Assembly: GCA_964449185.1 (NCBI GenBank)
Contig: CAYUYN010000001.1
Location: 13,212-46,936, forward strand
Reading direction: 5' to 3'
Source of the DNA: an uncultured Anaerolineales bacterium
GTDB taxonomy: Bacteria > Chloroflexota > Anaerolineae > Anaerolineales > UBA6663
DNA length: 33,725 nt
The notes under the pieces were generated by a model, which ran no database searches, was not told the origin of the DNA, and was given only the letters and a program-made list of their open reading frames with translations. Numbering within the stretch: position 1 is the stretch's first letter; the number at the start of each line of letters is the position of its first letter. This document shows positions 8,384 through 16,755 of the stretch, in pieces. The translations under genes were made by a program, and so were the position numbers.

Positions 8384-9432
8384 CGGCGGCCTTCCAGGCG
8401 TTCGGGGTAAAGACAGGCAGACCATTGGCCATCGACCGCGCGTAGGGCAGGCTGCGCGCCCTCGCGGCAAGTCGCGTCGCCCACCGGGCAGCGCGGCCAA
8501 AAACGGCAGCCACTGGGCCACGCCCCAATGGTGGGGGGCTCGCCAGCAATCGCGGTCAGCGGGCGGCCACGCTCGGCCGTATCGACCCGGGAGTCGCGCA
8601 GCGCCAGGGTATAGGGGTGGCCCGGAGCATTGACCACGACGTTCACCAGACCGCTGGCCACGGTGGTGCCCGCATACATCACCATCAAGCTATCACAGAC
8701 CTCCTCGATAACAGCCAGGTCATGGGACACCAGGATCAGAGCCATTCCCAACTGCTGCCGCAAGCGCCGGATGAGCGTCAGGATTTCCTTTTGCACGGTG
8801 ACGTCGAGCGCCGTCGTGGGTTCGTCGGCCACCAGCAGTTTGGGCCGCTGCGCCAGGGCGGCGGCAATCATCACGCGCTGGCGCATTCCGCCTGACAGGC
8901 GGTTCGAATACTCGCCCAGGACAGTCTTGGCCCGGGGAATGTGGACCATGTCAAGCAGGTTGAGGGCTTCTTTCTCTGCGTCGCGGTTATTCAACGGCCG
9001 CACGGCCGTAATCGCCTCTACCAGTTGGGTCCGTATTGTTAGCACCGGGTTGAGACCGGCCAGTGAGCTTTGCGGCACATAGCCAATGGCGCGCCCGCGC
9101 ACCTTCTGCCACACCCGTTCCGGCGCATGGGCCAGATCACGCCCATCAAAGAGGATTTTGCCTCCGCTCACGACCGCCCCATGCCGCGCCAGTGTGCCGA
9201 TAAGGCTGCGGCACAGCATGGTCTTGCCAGAGCCGGATTCACCCACGATGCCAACGGCCTGGTCCTGCCGCAGCGTGAGATTGGCAGAGTTGATCACGGG
9301 CAGCAGACCCCGGCTTTTGCGAAAGCCGATCTGCAGCTGATCGATGTGGAGCAAGGGGGGGGCGGCCGCTGGCAGCGGCTCGCCGTCCAGTCCCGTCTGT
9401 CGAGCAGCGCGCGCTTCCATGACCCTATTCAT
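8380..9432 (-). CDS. ABC transporter ATP-binding protein (DppD/OppD type)
   Basis: It has Walker A GESGSGKTM, the signature LSGGMRQRV, Walker B LVADEPTTALD and the C-terminal PSGCRFWPRCP motif of oligopeptide-type ATPases. Confidence 0.9.
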   Translation of the reverse strand: MNRVMEARAARQTGLDGEPLPAAAPPLLHIDQLQIGFRKSRGLLPVINSANLTLRQDQAVGIVGESGSGKTMLCRSLIGTLARHGAVVSGGKILFDGRDLAHAPERVWQKVRGRAIGYVPQSSLAGLNPVLTIRTQLVEAITAVRPLNNRDAEKEALNLLDMVHIPRAKTVLGEYSNRLSGGMRQRVMIAAALAQRPKLLVADEPTTALDVTVQKEILTLIRRLRQQLGMALILVSHDLAVIEEVCDSLMVMYAGTTVASGLVNVVVNAPGHPYTLALRDSRVDTAERGRPLTAIAGEPPTIGAWPSGCRFWPRCPVGDATCREGAQPALRAVDGQWSACLYPERLEGRR

Positions 9433-10252
9433 CGTTCTGGGCCAGGCCGGTCAGGCCTTGCGCCAGGAGGGCCACCCCCAGCGCCGTGAGCGATAGGAGC
9501 ATGCCTGGGAACACGGTGATCCACCAGGCTTGCATGAGAAACCGCCGGCCATCGCTCATCATGGCGCCCCACTCGGGCTCCGGCGGGCGCACACCCACGC
9601 CCAGGAATGACAGGCCGGCAATGGCGATGATGACGATGACAAAGTCCGACAGGCCATAGGCCAGCGCTTCCGAATAGACGTTGGGCAAGATGTGCCGCAC
9701 CAGTACGCGCACGGGTGAGTAGCCCAGTACCTGTGTGGCATGCACAAAGTCGGCTTCACGCAGCTGCAGGGCTCGTGCCCGCGCCAGGCGGGCGTAGCGT
9801 GCCCAATTAACGGCCGCCAGCCCAACCAGCAGCCCCGTGACCCCGGAGCCGACCATCGCCACGATGCCGATCACAATCACCAGGAAAGGAAAGGCATTGA
9901 TCGCGTCGATGATGACCAGCCAGATGCTGGAGACGAGCGGGTTGCGCGTTGTGCCGAGCACGCCGCCCAGCAGCGTGCCGGTTAGCAGCGGAATGGTGAC
10001 CCCTACAAAGGCCAGCGCAATGTCGAGCTGCGCGGCCGCGAACGTACGCGTTAGCACATCCCGCCCAAGCTGATCGGTGCCAAAGGGGTGCTTGAGCGTC
10101 GGCGCGATGAAGACGTCGCCGACGCTGCTGAGTGGGTTGTACGGGCTGGCCAGCGGAATGAGAAGCCCCAGCACGATAATCAAGGCCAGAAGGCCGAGCC
10201 CCCAGCCAGCTTCACGGTTAAGACGGAGTATCAGGCGCAGGGCAGTTTTCAT
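9425..10252 (-). CDS. ABC transporter permease (DppC/OppC type)
   Basis: The sequence is hydrophobic and multi-spanning from MKTALRLILRLNREAGWGLGLLALII onward. The start at 10252 forms an ATGA overlap with the upstream stop at 10249. The 134-codon ORF-track extension is Arg/Pro/Gly-rich and overlaps the upstream gene. Confidence 0.85.
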   Translation of the reverse strand: MKTALRLILRLNREAGWGLGLLALIIVLGLLIPLASPYNPLSSVGDVFIAPTLKHPFGTDQLGRDVLTRTFAAAQLDIALAFVGVTIPLLTGTLLGGVLGTTRNPLVSSIWLVIIDAINAFPFLVIVIGIVAMVGSGVTGLLVGLAAVNWARYARLARARALQLREADFVHATQVLGYSPVRVLVRHILPNVYSEALAYGLSDFVIVIIAIAGLSFLGVGVRPPEPEWGAMMSDGRRFLMQAWWITVFPGMLLSLTALGVALLAQGLTGLAQNDE

Positions 10253-11253
10253 GAGACGCGCGTACGTGGGTCGAGCCAACCGCTGACGATGTCGGCCGAC
10301 AGGCTCACCAGCACGACCAGCAGGCCAAACACGAGGACGATGCCCTGCACGACCGGATAGTCGCGCAGCAGGACGCCTTCCACGATCAGGGCTGTGCCGA
10401 TGCCGGGCAGGTTGAACACCAACTCCACCACCACGGCGGCGCTGAGCAGCTGGCCGATCATATAGCCCAGCAAGCTGATGGTGGGCGGGAGCGAGGGCCG
10501 CAGCAGGTAGCGCCACAGGAATGGCACCGGGCCCAACCCGCGCACGATGGCGCTTTCCACAAATTCTTGCTCCAGGGTATTGACAATCGAGCTCTGCAGC
10601 ACGCGCGCGATGATGGGGACCATGACGCCGCACAGCGTCAGGGCCGGCAGCCACAGAAAGCGCAGGTTGTCGGGAAATTCAGGCGAATAGCCGGCCACCG
10701 GGGCGACCTTCAGCCGCAGCGCGAATAACAGCAACAGCAGCAGTCCGCTGTAAAAGGCGGGTGTGGCCAGCAGAATGGACGAGGCAAACCGAAAGAAGTG
10801 ACCGAACCAGGTGCGCCGGTATAGGGCGGCGGCGAGGGCCAGGGGCAGGGCTAACACAAAGGCAAGAATGATCGTCACGACGATTAGCCACAGGGTCACC
10901 GGCAATGTGCGCGCGATGGTGGCGTTGACGCTGACGCGCGTCTGCAGCGAAGTGCCCAGGTCGCCGCGCGCGACGGCGCCCGCGTAACGCAGGAATTGCT
11001 CGAGCAGCGTGCCGTCGAGCCCCAGTAGAGTGCGGTAATGAGCCGCCGACTCTTCGGTGATGGTATCGCCGAGCAAAATCTCGACCGGATCGCCTGGAAT
11101 AAAGCGCAGCAAAGTAAAGGCGATCACCATCACGCCAAAACTGACGAGGAACGCGCGCACCGTGCGCTGCAACAACCGGTGCCGAGCCAGGCGCATCAAC
11201 AGGGCCAGCGGCTCAAGCGGCTGCGGTGCTGACGTCCGTGAAGGGTGGGTCAA
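10249..11253 (-). CDS. ABC transporter permease (DppB/OppB type)
   Basis: It has the FIPGDPVEILLG motif and a multi-spanning hydrophobic profile. The TTG start at 11253 has GGAG 8 nt upstream. An ATG at 11196 is an alternative start. Confidence 0.85.
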   Translation of the reverse strand: MTHPSRTSAPQPLEPLALLMRLARHRLLQRTVRAFLVSFGVMVIAFTLLRFIPGDPVEILLGDTITEESAAHYRTLLGLDGTLLEQFLRYAGAVARGDLGTSLQTRVSVNATIARTLPVTLWLIVVTIILAFVLALPLALAAALYRRTWFGHFFRFASSILLATPAFYSGLLLLLLFALRLKVAPVAGYSPEFPDNLRFLWLPALTLCGVMVPIIARVLQSSIVNTLEQEFVESAIVRGLGPVPFLWRYLLRPSLPPTISLLGYMIGQLLSAAVVVELVFNLPGIGTALIVEGVLLRDYPVVQGIVLVFGLLVVLVSLSADIVSGWLDPRTRVS

Positions 11254-11287
11254 AGCAGTAACTCCAACGACGCTCCCCGCCCATGGC

Positions 11288-11367
11288 AGCCCGGATCGGT
11301 CAGACGCTCGTGGTCTGGCCGATCCGGGCTTGCCTCGGGGCGGCGCGCCCGTGTGAGCGCGCCGCCC
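11288..11367 (-). promoter_or_regulatory. Two strong intercistronic stem-loops between the binding-protein and permease genes
   Basis: Hairpin 1 (11288-11330) is AGCCCGGATCGGTCAGAC / GTCTGGCCGATCCGGGCT, an 18-bp stem with 1 mismatch and a 7-nt loop. Hairpin 2 (11338-11367) is GGGCGGCGCGC / GCGCGCCGCCC, a perfect 11-bp all-GC stem with an 8-nt loop. No U-tract follows either one on the minus strand. Confidence 0.6.
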
Positions 11368-11398
11368 GGTCTATTAGCGATTCAACCCAGCCGGCCGT

Positions 11399-13096
11399 TC
11401 ACTGGCACGGACCGCCGCCGCTCCCGAACTCGGCCACGGTGGCGACACGCGGGTTGTAGCCCGGCAGCAGGTTCGCTTCGCATAACACGTTGCGCGGAAT
11501 GCGTGTTCCGACCATCACCACGCGCGACGAGATCGGGACCAGCGGCATATCCTCGTAGGCCATTTGCTGCGCCTCGTGGAACAGCCGGATACGCTCTTCC
11601 GGGCTCGAGGCGTTGCCGGCTTGAATCAGTGCGTCGGACACGGCCACATTATTGTAGCGGATCCAGTTGGTCCACGTGCCGCCCGCGGCGAACTGGTTTT
11701 TCAGGAAAGTCAGCGGGTCCTGCGTGTTGCCGGTGAACTGCGCCTGCCAGGTACCGGAGTTGAGGTTGGCGATGGCATCGGCATCGGTCTTGGGCTCGAC
11801 CGTCACCTTGATGTTCAGCTCAGCCAGATTCTGCTGGATGATCAGGGCCGCGTCGGTCCAGCCAGGGCGCTGGCCCCAGGGCTGAATGGAGAACTCGAAA
11901 CCGTCCGCAAACGGCGTTTCCGCGAGCAAGGTCTTGGCCGCTTCCAGGTCTTGTTTGCCGTCGTTGGGCAGCACGGCCAGCCCCTCGGGCGGACCCTCGT
12001 ACAGGAAGCCCCGCGCCGGCTCGGAGATGCCAAAGAAGGCGCGCTGAGTAATGGCGTCTCGGTCGATGGCCAGCGAGATAGCCTGGCGGACCTTGGGATC
12101 GCCCAGCGGCCCGCCTTCGGCGGCTTCCAGGTTAAAGCACAGGCAGTACATGCCGATGATCGGCACCGCAAACGTCGCCACTTCCGGCGGCAGATCCTGG
12201 CGGGCCGACGGCGGCATGTCGTAGGCATAGTCAATGGCGCCGGTTGTGACCTGCAGCACGCGGGAGGTCTGGTCGGGCACGGCCACGAACTCAAGGCGCT
12301 TGATCATGGACGGGCCGCCAAAGAAGTGCGGGTTTTCTGCATACACCCACTGCGACTCACCGGGCGTCCATTCGGACAGGAAATACTGCCCGGCCGACAC
12401 CATGGGCGCCTTCGTGAAGAAATCCGGATCCGCCTCCAGCAGGGCCTTAGGATAGATCGTAAAGGCGTAGTCAGCCAAACCGATGAGGATATTCGGATAG
12501 GGCTGAGCGAGCACGATCTCGATCGTTTTCTCATCCGGGGCCGTCAGGCTCTCCACTGTCCCCAGCAAGAACAGGCGCGGGTTCTTGACCTCGATGGAGC
12601 GCTCGTACCCGTAGATGAAGTCCTCGGACGTGAGGGGCGAGCCATCTGAGAACTTGAGATCGGGCTTCAGGGTAATGGTATAGATTAGCCCATCGTCCGA
12701 AACTTCATACTTCTCCGCCAGCCACGGGCTGACCGAGAAGTCCGGATTTAGCCGGAAGAGTTGGGCACCCATGATGTATTGGCCCGTGAAGCAGCCGAGG
12801 CTGCAGGGACCATGCGGATCGGGGGCAGCCAGCGCCGAGTTGATCGAGATCCGGGCCGACTCGAGCGGCTGGTCGGCTGGAACCAGGGTCGGCTCAGGTG
12901 TGGGCGGGAGCGGCGTCGCGGTGACGACGCGCTCGACCACTTGCGAGGTGCCTTCGACGATCACGGTCTCGCGGATGATCTGCGGAGCAGCGGTCGGAAG
13001 GGCCGGGGTCGGCGCGGCGCAGCTCGCGACCAGGGCAAGGATAAGCACCAGCCACAAGGGACTTAACCATTGGGAACGCAATGCCGGGCGGTTCAT
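11399..13096 (-). CDS. ABC transporter substrate-binding lipoprotein, family 5 (peptide/opine/nickel/oligosaccharide type)
   Basis: The start at 13096 has GGAGGAGA upstream. The signal peptide carries the lipobox LVASC. A Pro/Thr-rich linker follows (APTPALPTAAP..TPLPPTPEPT). The body has the LKPDLKFSDGSPLTSEDFIYGYER motif typical of family-5 binding proteins. Confidence 0.88.
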   Translation of the reverse strand: MNRPALRSQWLSPLWLVLILALVASCAAPTPALPTAAPQIIRETVIVEGTSQVVERVVTATPLPPTPEPTLVPADQPLESARISINSALAAPDPHGPCSLGCFTGQYIMGAQLFRLNPDFSVSPWLAEKYEVSDDGLIYTITLKPDLKFSDGSPLTSEDFIYGYERSIEVKNPRLFLLGTVESLTAPDEKTIEIVLAQPYPNILIGLADYAFTIYPKALLEADPDFFTKAPMVSAGQYFLSEWTPGESQWVYAENPHFFGGPSMIKRLEFVAVPDQTSRVLQVTTGAIDYAYDMPPSARQDLPPEVATFAVPIIGMYCLCFNLEAAEGGPLGDPKVRQAISLAIDRDAITQRAFFGISEPARGFLYEGPPEGLAVLPNDGKQDLEAAKTLLAETPFADGFEFSIQPWGQRPGWTDAALIIQQNLAELNIKVTVEPKTDADAIANLNSGTWQAQFTGNTQDPLTFLKNQFAAGGTWTNWIRYNNVAVSDALIQAGNASSPEERIRLFHEAQQMAYEDMPLVPISSRVVMVGTRIPRNVLCEANLLPGYNPRVATVAEFGSGGGPCQ

Positions 13097-13226
13097 TTCT
13101 TGTCTCCTCCAAATTGCGCGGGATAAGGGTCCTGGGTCATTAGGCGCGTGAGCATTCGGGGCGTTCAAGGGTGTCTCATTGCACCTCCTTTCCCAGGTGC
13201 CCCCAGGGGCGTAGCGGAGCGCGACT

Positions 13227-14303
13227 CTACAACTGTGGTAAGGCCGGCGCAACTTCGCGGTTCAGCAGATCCATGGACTGATGCCACAGCCGCTCATCAT
13301 CCCAGTCGTGCGCGATCATGAGCAGCGTACCGAAGCCGCCGGTTTCGTCCCACAGCCCGCAGATCTGGCGGAGGCACTCGTCCGGGTCGCCGATGATGCA
13401 GATATTCTTCAGCATGTACTCCGGCGTCACGTCGCTGTCGGGCATGTCGGCATTCTTCTTCACCAGGCTCAGCATATTGCTGGCCTTGAGCAGCTCCAAC
13501 AGGTACCCAAAGGACCGGCCCAGCGTGCCCTGCACGGCGTGCTGCCAGGCCGCCTCGGTCGTCTCACCCACAAGAATGCTGCGGGAGACGCTCCACAGCG
13601 CGCGCGCCGGCGCTTCCCGCCCGGCCTGCGCGGCGCCGGCGGCATAAGTCCGCCAGTGCTCGGCCACGGTATGCGTCGGCACCAGGTTGGTGCTGATGGG
13701 CCGGAAGCCGCGCTGGCCGGCCATGGTGGCGGCCATGGAGCCGCCCTTGACGATGCTCATCGCCACCGGGGGGTGCGGCTGCTGGTAGGGCTTCATCAGC
13801 GAGCCAATGCCGAGCTCCGGCACCGGGCTTTCGATGCGGATTCGCCAGAACTTGCCCTGGAAGTCGAAGGGCGCTTCGGCCTGCCACAGTTTCAGGATCA
13901 TGTCGATCCCTTCCACCGTCATCAGCCCTTGCGTTCGCGCGTCGGGCAGGTTGAAGAGTTCCCAGTCGGTCGGCACGCCGCCCTGACCGAAGCCGCAGTT
14001 GAGGCGGCCCTTCGCCAGGTGATCCAGCAGCGCCAAGCGCACGGCGATGTTGGCCGGATGATGCTGGGGGACGATCGTGACGCCGGTGCCAAGCCGGATA
14101 GTCTTGGTTTGCGGCAGCACGTGCGCGATGAAGATATCGTTCGCCGGAATTGGCTCCCAGGCCAGCGTGTGATGCTGGCCGATCCAGGCTTCCTTAAACC
14201 CCAGCGCGTCGGCGCGGATAATGAGCTCAACGTCCTCGGCCAGGCATTGCGTGCGCGACTTTTCAGGCGGATGCAGCGGCATCATGAAAACGCCCAGGTG
14301 CAT
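13227..14303 (-). CDS. LLM-class (luciferase-like) flavin-dependent monooxygenase/oxidoreductase
   Basis: The start at the ATG at 14303 has GAGGAG upstream. MHLGVFMMPLH...EAWIGQHH...RLGTGVTIVPQHHP...GRLNCGFGQG is characteristic of bacterial-luciferase-like TIM barrels. Confidence 0.85.
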   Translation of the reverse strand: MHLGVFMMPLHPPEKSRTQCLAEDVELIIRADALGFKEAWIGQHHTLAWEPIPANDIFIAHVLPQTKTIRLGTGVTIVPQHHPANIAVRLALLDHLAKGRLNCGFGQGGVPTDWELFNLPDARTQGLMTVEGIDMILKLWQAEAPFDFQGKFWRIRIESPVPELGIGSLMKPYQQPHPPVAMSIVKGGSMAATMAGQRGFRPISTNLVPTHTVAEHWRTYAAGAAQAGREAPARALWSVSRSILVGETTEAAWQHAVQGTLGRSFGYLLELLKASNMLSLVKKNADMPDSDVTPEYMLKNICIIGDPDECLRQICGLWDETGGFGTLLMIAHDWDDERLWHQSMDLLNREVAPALPQL

Positions 14304-14500
14304 ACGTTGGCTCCTCAGGCCGGAGGTGCGCCCGGCGTCGCCAGCGCGCCGCGCGTCACGCCCCACCTTGGTGAGTACCTTGCTATTGTGCAAGTGGTGC
14401 GGTGGGGCTGTTGGCCCGCGCACCGGCAGCCGGCCTCCCGTGTGTCGGCCCAGCCGATGTCTCGCCCGCTTTTGAATGACCTGACCCGGCCGGGCTAATT

Positions 14501-15280
14501 TTATGCCGCTGGGTTGTTCGCTTGTTCGGCTGCCTCTTCCGCCTGGCCGACCTTCTGCATGAGCTGCTCGATCGCTGCCACCGCGGCCTTGGTTTCAGCC
14601 GAGGCTTCACCCGCGCCGCTCATGTCGTGTCCCATTTCCTGCAGGAACCGTTTCACCAGGCGGACTGTGGCGCTCGCATCCGGCGCGTAGCCATCGGCGC
14701 CCACGCGGTTGGCGTACTCCTGTGTCACGGGCGCGCCGCCGACCATCACCTTGATCTGGTCACGCAGACCTTCCTTGGCCAGGGCATCCATATTCACCTT
14801 GAACATGGGCATCGTAGTGGTTAAGAAGGCCGAGAAGCCGATGACAGGCGGCGCGTGCTGCTTGACGGCGTTGACGACCTTATCGGCTGGGACGTTGACT
14901 CCCAAATCGACCACCGTGAAGCCGGCGCCCTCCAGCATGATGTTGCACAGGTTCTTGCCGATGTCGTGCAGGTCACCCTTCACGGTGAGCATCAAGACGG
15001 TGCCCAGGGGCTTGATGCCGCTCTGCACCAGCAGCGGGCGCAACAGGTTGAGCGCGGCCTGCATGGCCTTGGCCGCCACCAGCATCTCAGGCACGAAGTA
15101 GTCGCCGATCTCAAACAGGCGCCCGACTTCCTGGAGCGAGGGAATCAGCGCGCCGAACAGCAGGTCCATCGGATCCATGCCCAGCGCAATACCCTCTTCC
15201 GTCAGGGCTTTGACTTCCTTTGCGTGGCCGACGAGCGTATGCTCGTAGAGGCCCTTCTTAATCTCTTCTTCACGCCTCAT
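14501..15280 (-). CDS. Cobalamin-binding corrinoid protein (MtaC/MtbC/MttC-like methyltransferase cognate protein)
   Basis: It has an N-terminal helical cap followed by the B12-binding Rossmann domain, with the DxHxxG motif as GDLHDIGKN. The GGAGAGG ribosome site lies 8 nt upstream. The ~47-aa Ala/Glu-rich C-terminal tail is atypical. Confidence 0.9.
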   Translation of the reverse strand: MRREEEIKKGLYEHTLVGHAKEVKALTEEGIALGMDPMDLLFGALIPSLQEVGRLFEIGDYFVPEMLVAAKAMQAALNLLRPLLVQSGIKPLGTVLMLTVKGDLHDIGKNLCNIMLEGAGFTVVDLGVNVPADKVVNAVKQHAPPVIGFSAFLTTTMPMFKVNMDALAKEGLRDQIKVMVGGAPVTQEYANRVGADGYAPDASATVRLVKRFLQEMGHDMSGAGEASAETKAAVAAIEQLMQKVGQAEEAAEQANNPAA

Positions 15281-15351
15281 GTCGATCGCCTCTCCACAGT
15301 GATTGAGCTTGGCCGCCGCAGGGCAGGGGGCAGGGGGACAGGCTCACGGGC

Positions 15352-16380
15352 TCAATTCTTGCGCATATCCTCACAGGTCTGCACGATTTCCTTCAGGTTC
15401 TCCACCGTCGTCTGGAGCGGCACGGCGCACTCAGGCGCGATAATGTGCACCCCCGCGTCGATGGCGCGCTGGGCTTCGGCCCGCACTTCCGCCGGCCCAC
15501 GCGAGAACAGCGTCACCGGGTTGTTGACGTTGCCGGCCAGCTTGATCTTGCCCGCTGTTGCGGCGATGGCCTTGTCCGGGGCCACCTGCGACTCGAAATG
15601 GAAGGCGGCAAACCCGGCCTCGCGGAAATACTGGATGCGGTCCAGCGTCGGGCCGCAGCAGTGTAGGATGACCGGCGCCGGCACCTGTGGGATGAGCTGC
15701 TGATGCAGCGGCAGCAGGAAATCGCGGTACATGGTGTTGCGTACCAGGTCGCCCGTGGCGTGGTCGGCCCACACAATGGCATCGGCTCCGGCCTCCAGCT
15801 GGGCCTTGGCAAACATCACCGGCACCTGCTGCAGTACCTCGAGCGACCGTCGAACACGATCCGGGTCCAGGAGCGTGTCCAGCAGAAATTCCTGTACGTT
15901 GTAAAGGTGATAGGACAGCGTCCACGGCCCCATCACCTTGCCCAGGATCATCACCTCGTCGCCAAAGTGCTGCTTGAGCAGCCGGATCGCCTCAACGGCG
16001 CAGCTCACGTACTTGTCTTCCAGGAAGGAGTCGGGGAAGCCGTCCGGCAGCTTCAGCTCGACGTCCCGGTCTTGCCAGGGATGGGTGGAGGGCGTCGGCA
16101 TCATCGAGTCGTCCGACCAATCCACTTCACAGCCCAGCGCCTGCGCCTCTTGGGCGATGGAAAAGACCGGCATCACGGAGTCAAAGCCCATGACCTCATG
16201 GGCCCCGGCGGCCAGCGTGGCCATCGCTTCGGGCTCGGTATTGGCCGCCGGGAAGTGCGAGCCGACGATGTCCATCAGCTCATAATTGATCACCGACACA
16301 ATGCTCGCCGCGGGGGGGCGGTCCACCGGTTCACCCCGCAGGGCTGCCATAAAGCGTTGCCGGCCTGTCATGCGCATCAT
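15352..16380 (-). CDS. URO-D (uroporphyrinogen decarboxylase) family corrinoid-dependent methyltransferase (MtaA/MtbA/CmuA-N-like)
   Basis: 342 aa. The N-terminus reads TGRQRFMAALRGEPVDRPP. Putative Zn ligands are present as ILHCCG (H-x-C) and a distal APEC Cys, as in MtaA-type enzymes. It lies directly upstream of the corrinoid protein. The GGGAGG ribosome site is 7 nt upstream. Confidence 0.85.
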   Translation of the reverse strand: MMRMTGRQRFMAALRGEPVDRPPAASIVSVINYELMDIVGSHFPAANTEPEAMATLAAGAHEVMGFDSVMPVFSIAQEAQALGCEVDWSDDSMMPTPSTHPWQDRDVELKLPDGFPDSFLEDKYVSCAVEAIRLLKQHFGDEVMILGKVMGPWTLSYHLYNVQEFLLDTLLDPDRVRRSLEVLQQVPVMFAKAQLEAGADAIVWADHATGDLVRNTMYRDFLLPLHQQLIPQVPAPVILHCCGPTLDRIQYFREAGFAAFHFESQVAPDKAIAATAGKIKLAGNVNNPVTLFSRGPAEVRAEAQRAIDAGVHIIAPECAVPLQTTVENLKEIVQTCEDMRKN

Positions 16381-16461
16381 GTTGAGACCTCCCTAATCGG
16401 CCAAGCGTCCGGGTTTACGAGGTGCTCTGGCCGTTCACCCCGCAACACTGGTAAGATCTAG

Positions 16462-16668
16462 TTAATCGCTGTTGGCCACAGCCGCGCCTGGCTGGCCGTG
16501 GTCGCGCCCGCGAGGTGGAGTGTGGCGACCATATCCTGGCGCTGCAGCAATGGCTGGCTGGAGCGGGGGCTCGGGATTGAAGACAACCAGGCCAGCGACC
16601 TCCGCGATGCCGTCCAGCATGGACGAATATTGGCTGGGTAGCTGGCGTGCGAACCAGATGCGATACAT
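16462..16668 (-). pseudogene. Possible N-terminal remnant of a 2-hydroxyacid-dehydrogenase-like gene (very tentative)
   Basis: The 68-aa ORF reads MYRIWFARQLPSQYSSMLDGIAEVAGLVVFNPE.. It loosely resembles the N-terminal substrate-domain pattern M..I...R.LP.....L....EV. Continuing the similarity needs a frame change. No ribosome site was seen. Confidence 0.25.
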
Positions 16669-16755
16669 GGGCTCAGATCCACTCTGAACCCAGCCGACGA
16701 GTGCTGGCGGGCGCCGTCCCAGCGCCCTTATGCCTACTGCGAGACGTGTTCAGTC

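Noticed and set aside
10253-10654. 134-codon N-terminal extension of the DppC-like permease in the ORF track
   Set aside because: The extension overlaps the upstream permease gene and is Arg/Pro/Gly-rich. An ATG at 10252 gives a canonical ATGA stop-start overlap and a normal permease N-terminus. Similar extensions were trimmed at 3931-4038, 5685-5819, 8384-8521, 13097-13252, 14304-14423, 17506-17568, 23997-24104, 29814-29846 and 30793-30933.
14381-14392. GTGCAAGTGGTG resembles one arm of the 35-bp palindromic element
   Set aside because: Only a partial arm matches. There is no second arm or spacer, so it is most likely a chance match.
13281-14498. 405-aa plus-strand ORF covering the whole LLM monooxygenase locus
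   Set aside because: It is antisense to a gene with clear family motifs and a good ribosome site. Its translation is Arg/Gly/His/Ala-rich and low-complexity, with no recognisable motif. It is a typical shadow ORF of GC-rich DNA.
1296-16668. Idea that the dehydrogenase C-terminal fragment (1296-1556, plus strand) and the possible N-terminal fragment (16462-16668, minus strand) are halves of one gene split by insertion of the 15-gene array
   Set aside because: The fragments are on opposite strands, which a simple insertion cannot produce. The N-terminal fragment is itself doubtful, and the middle of the gene is missing.
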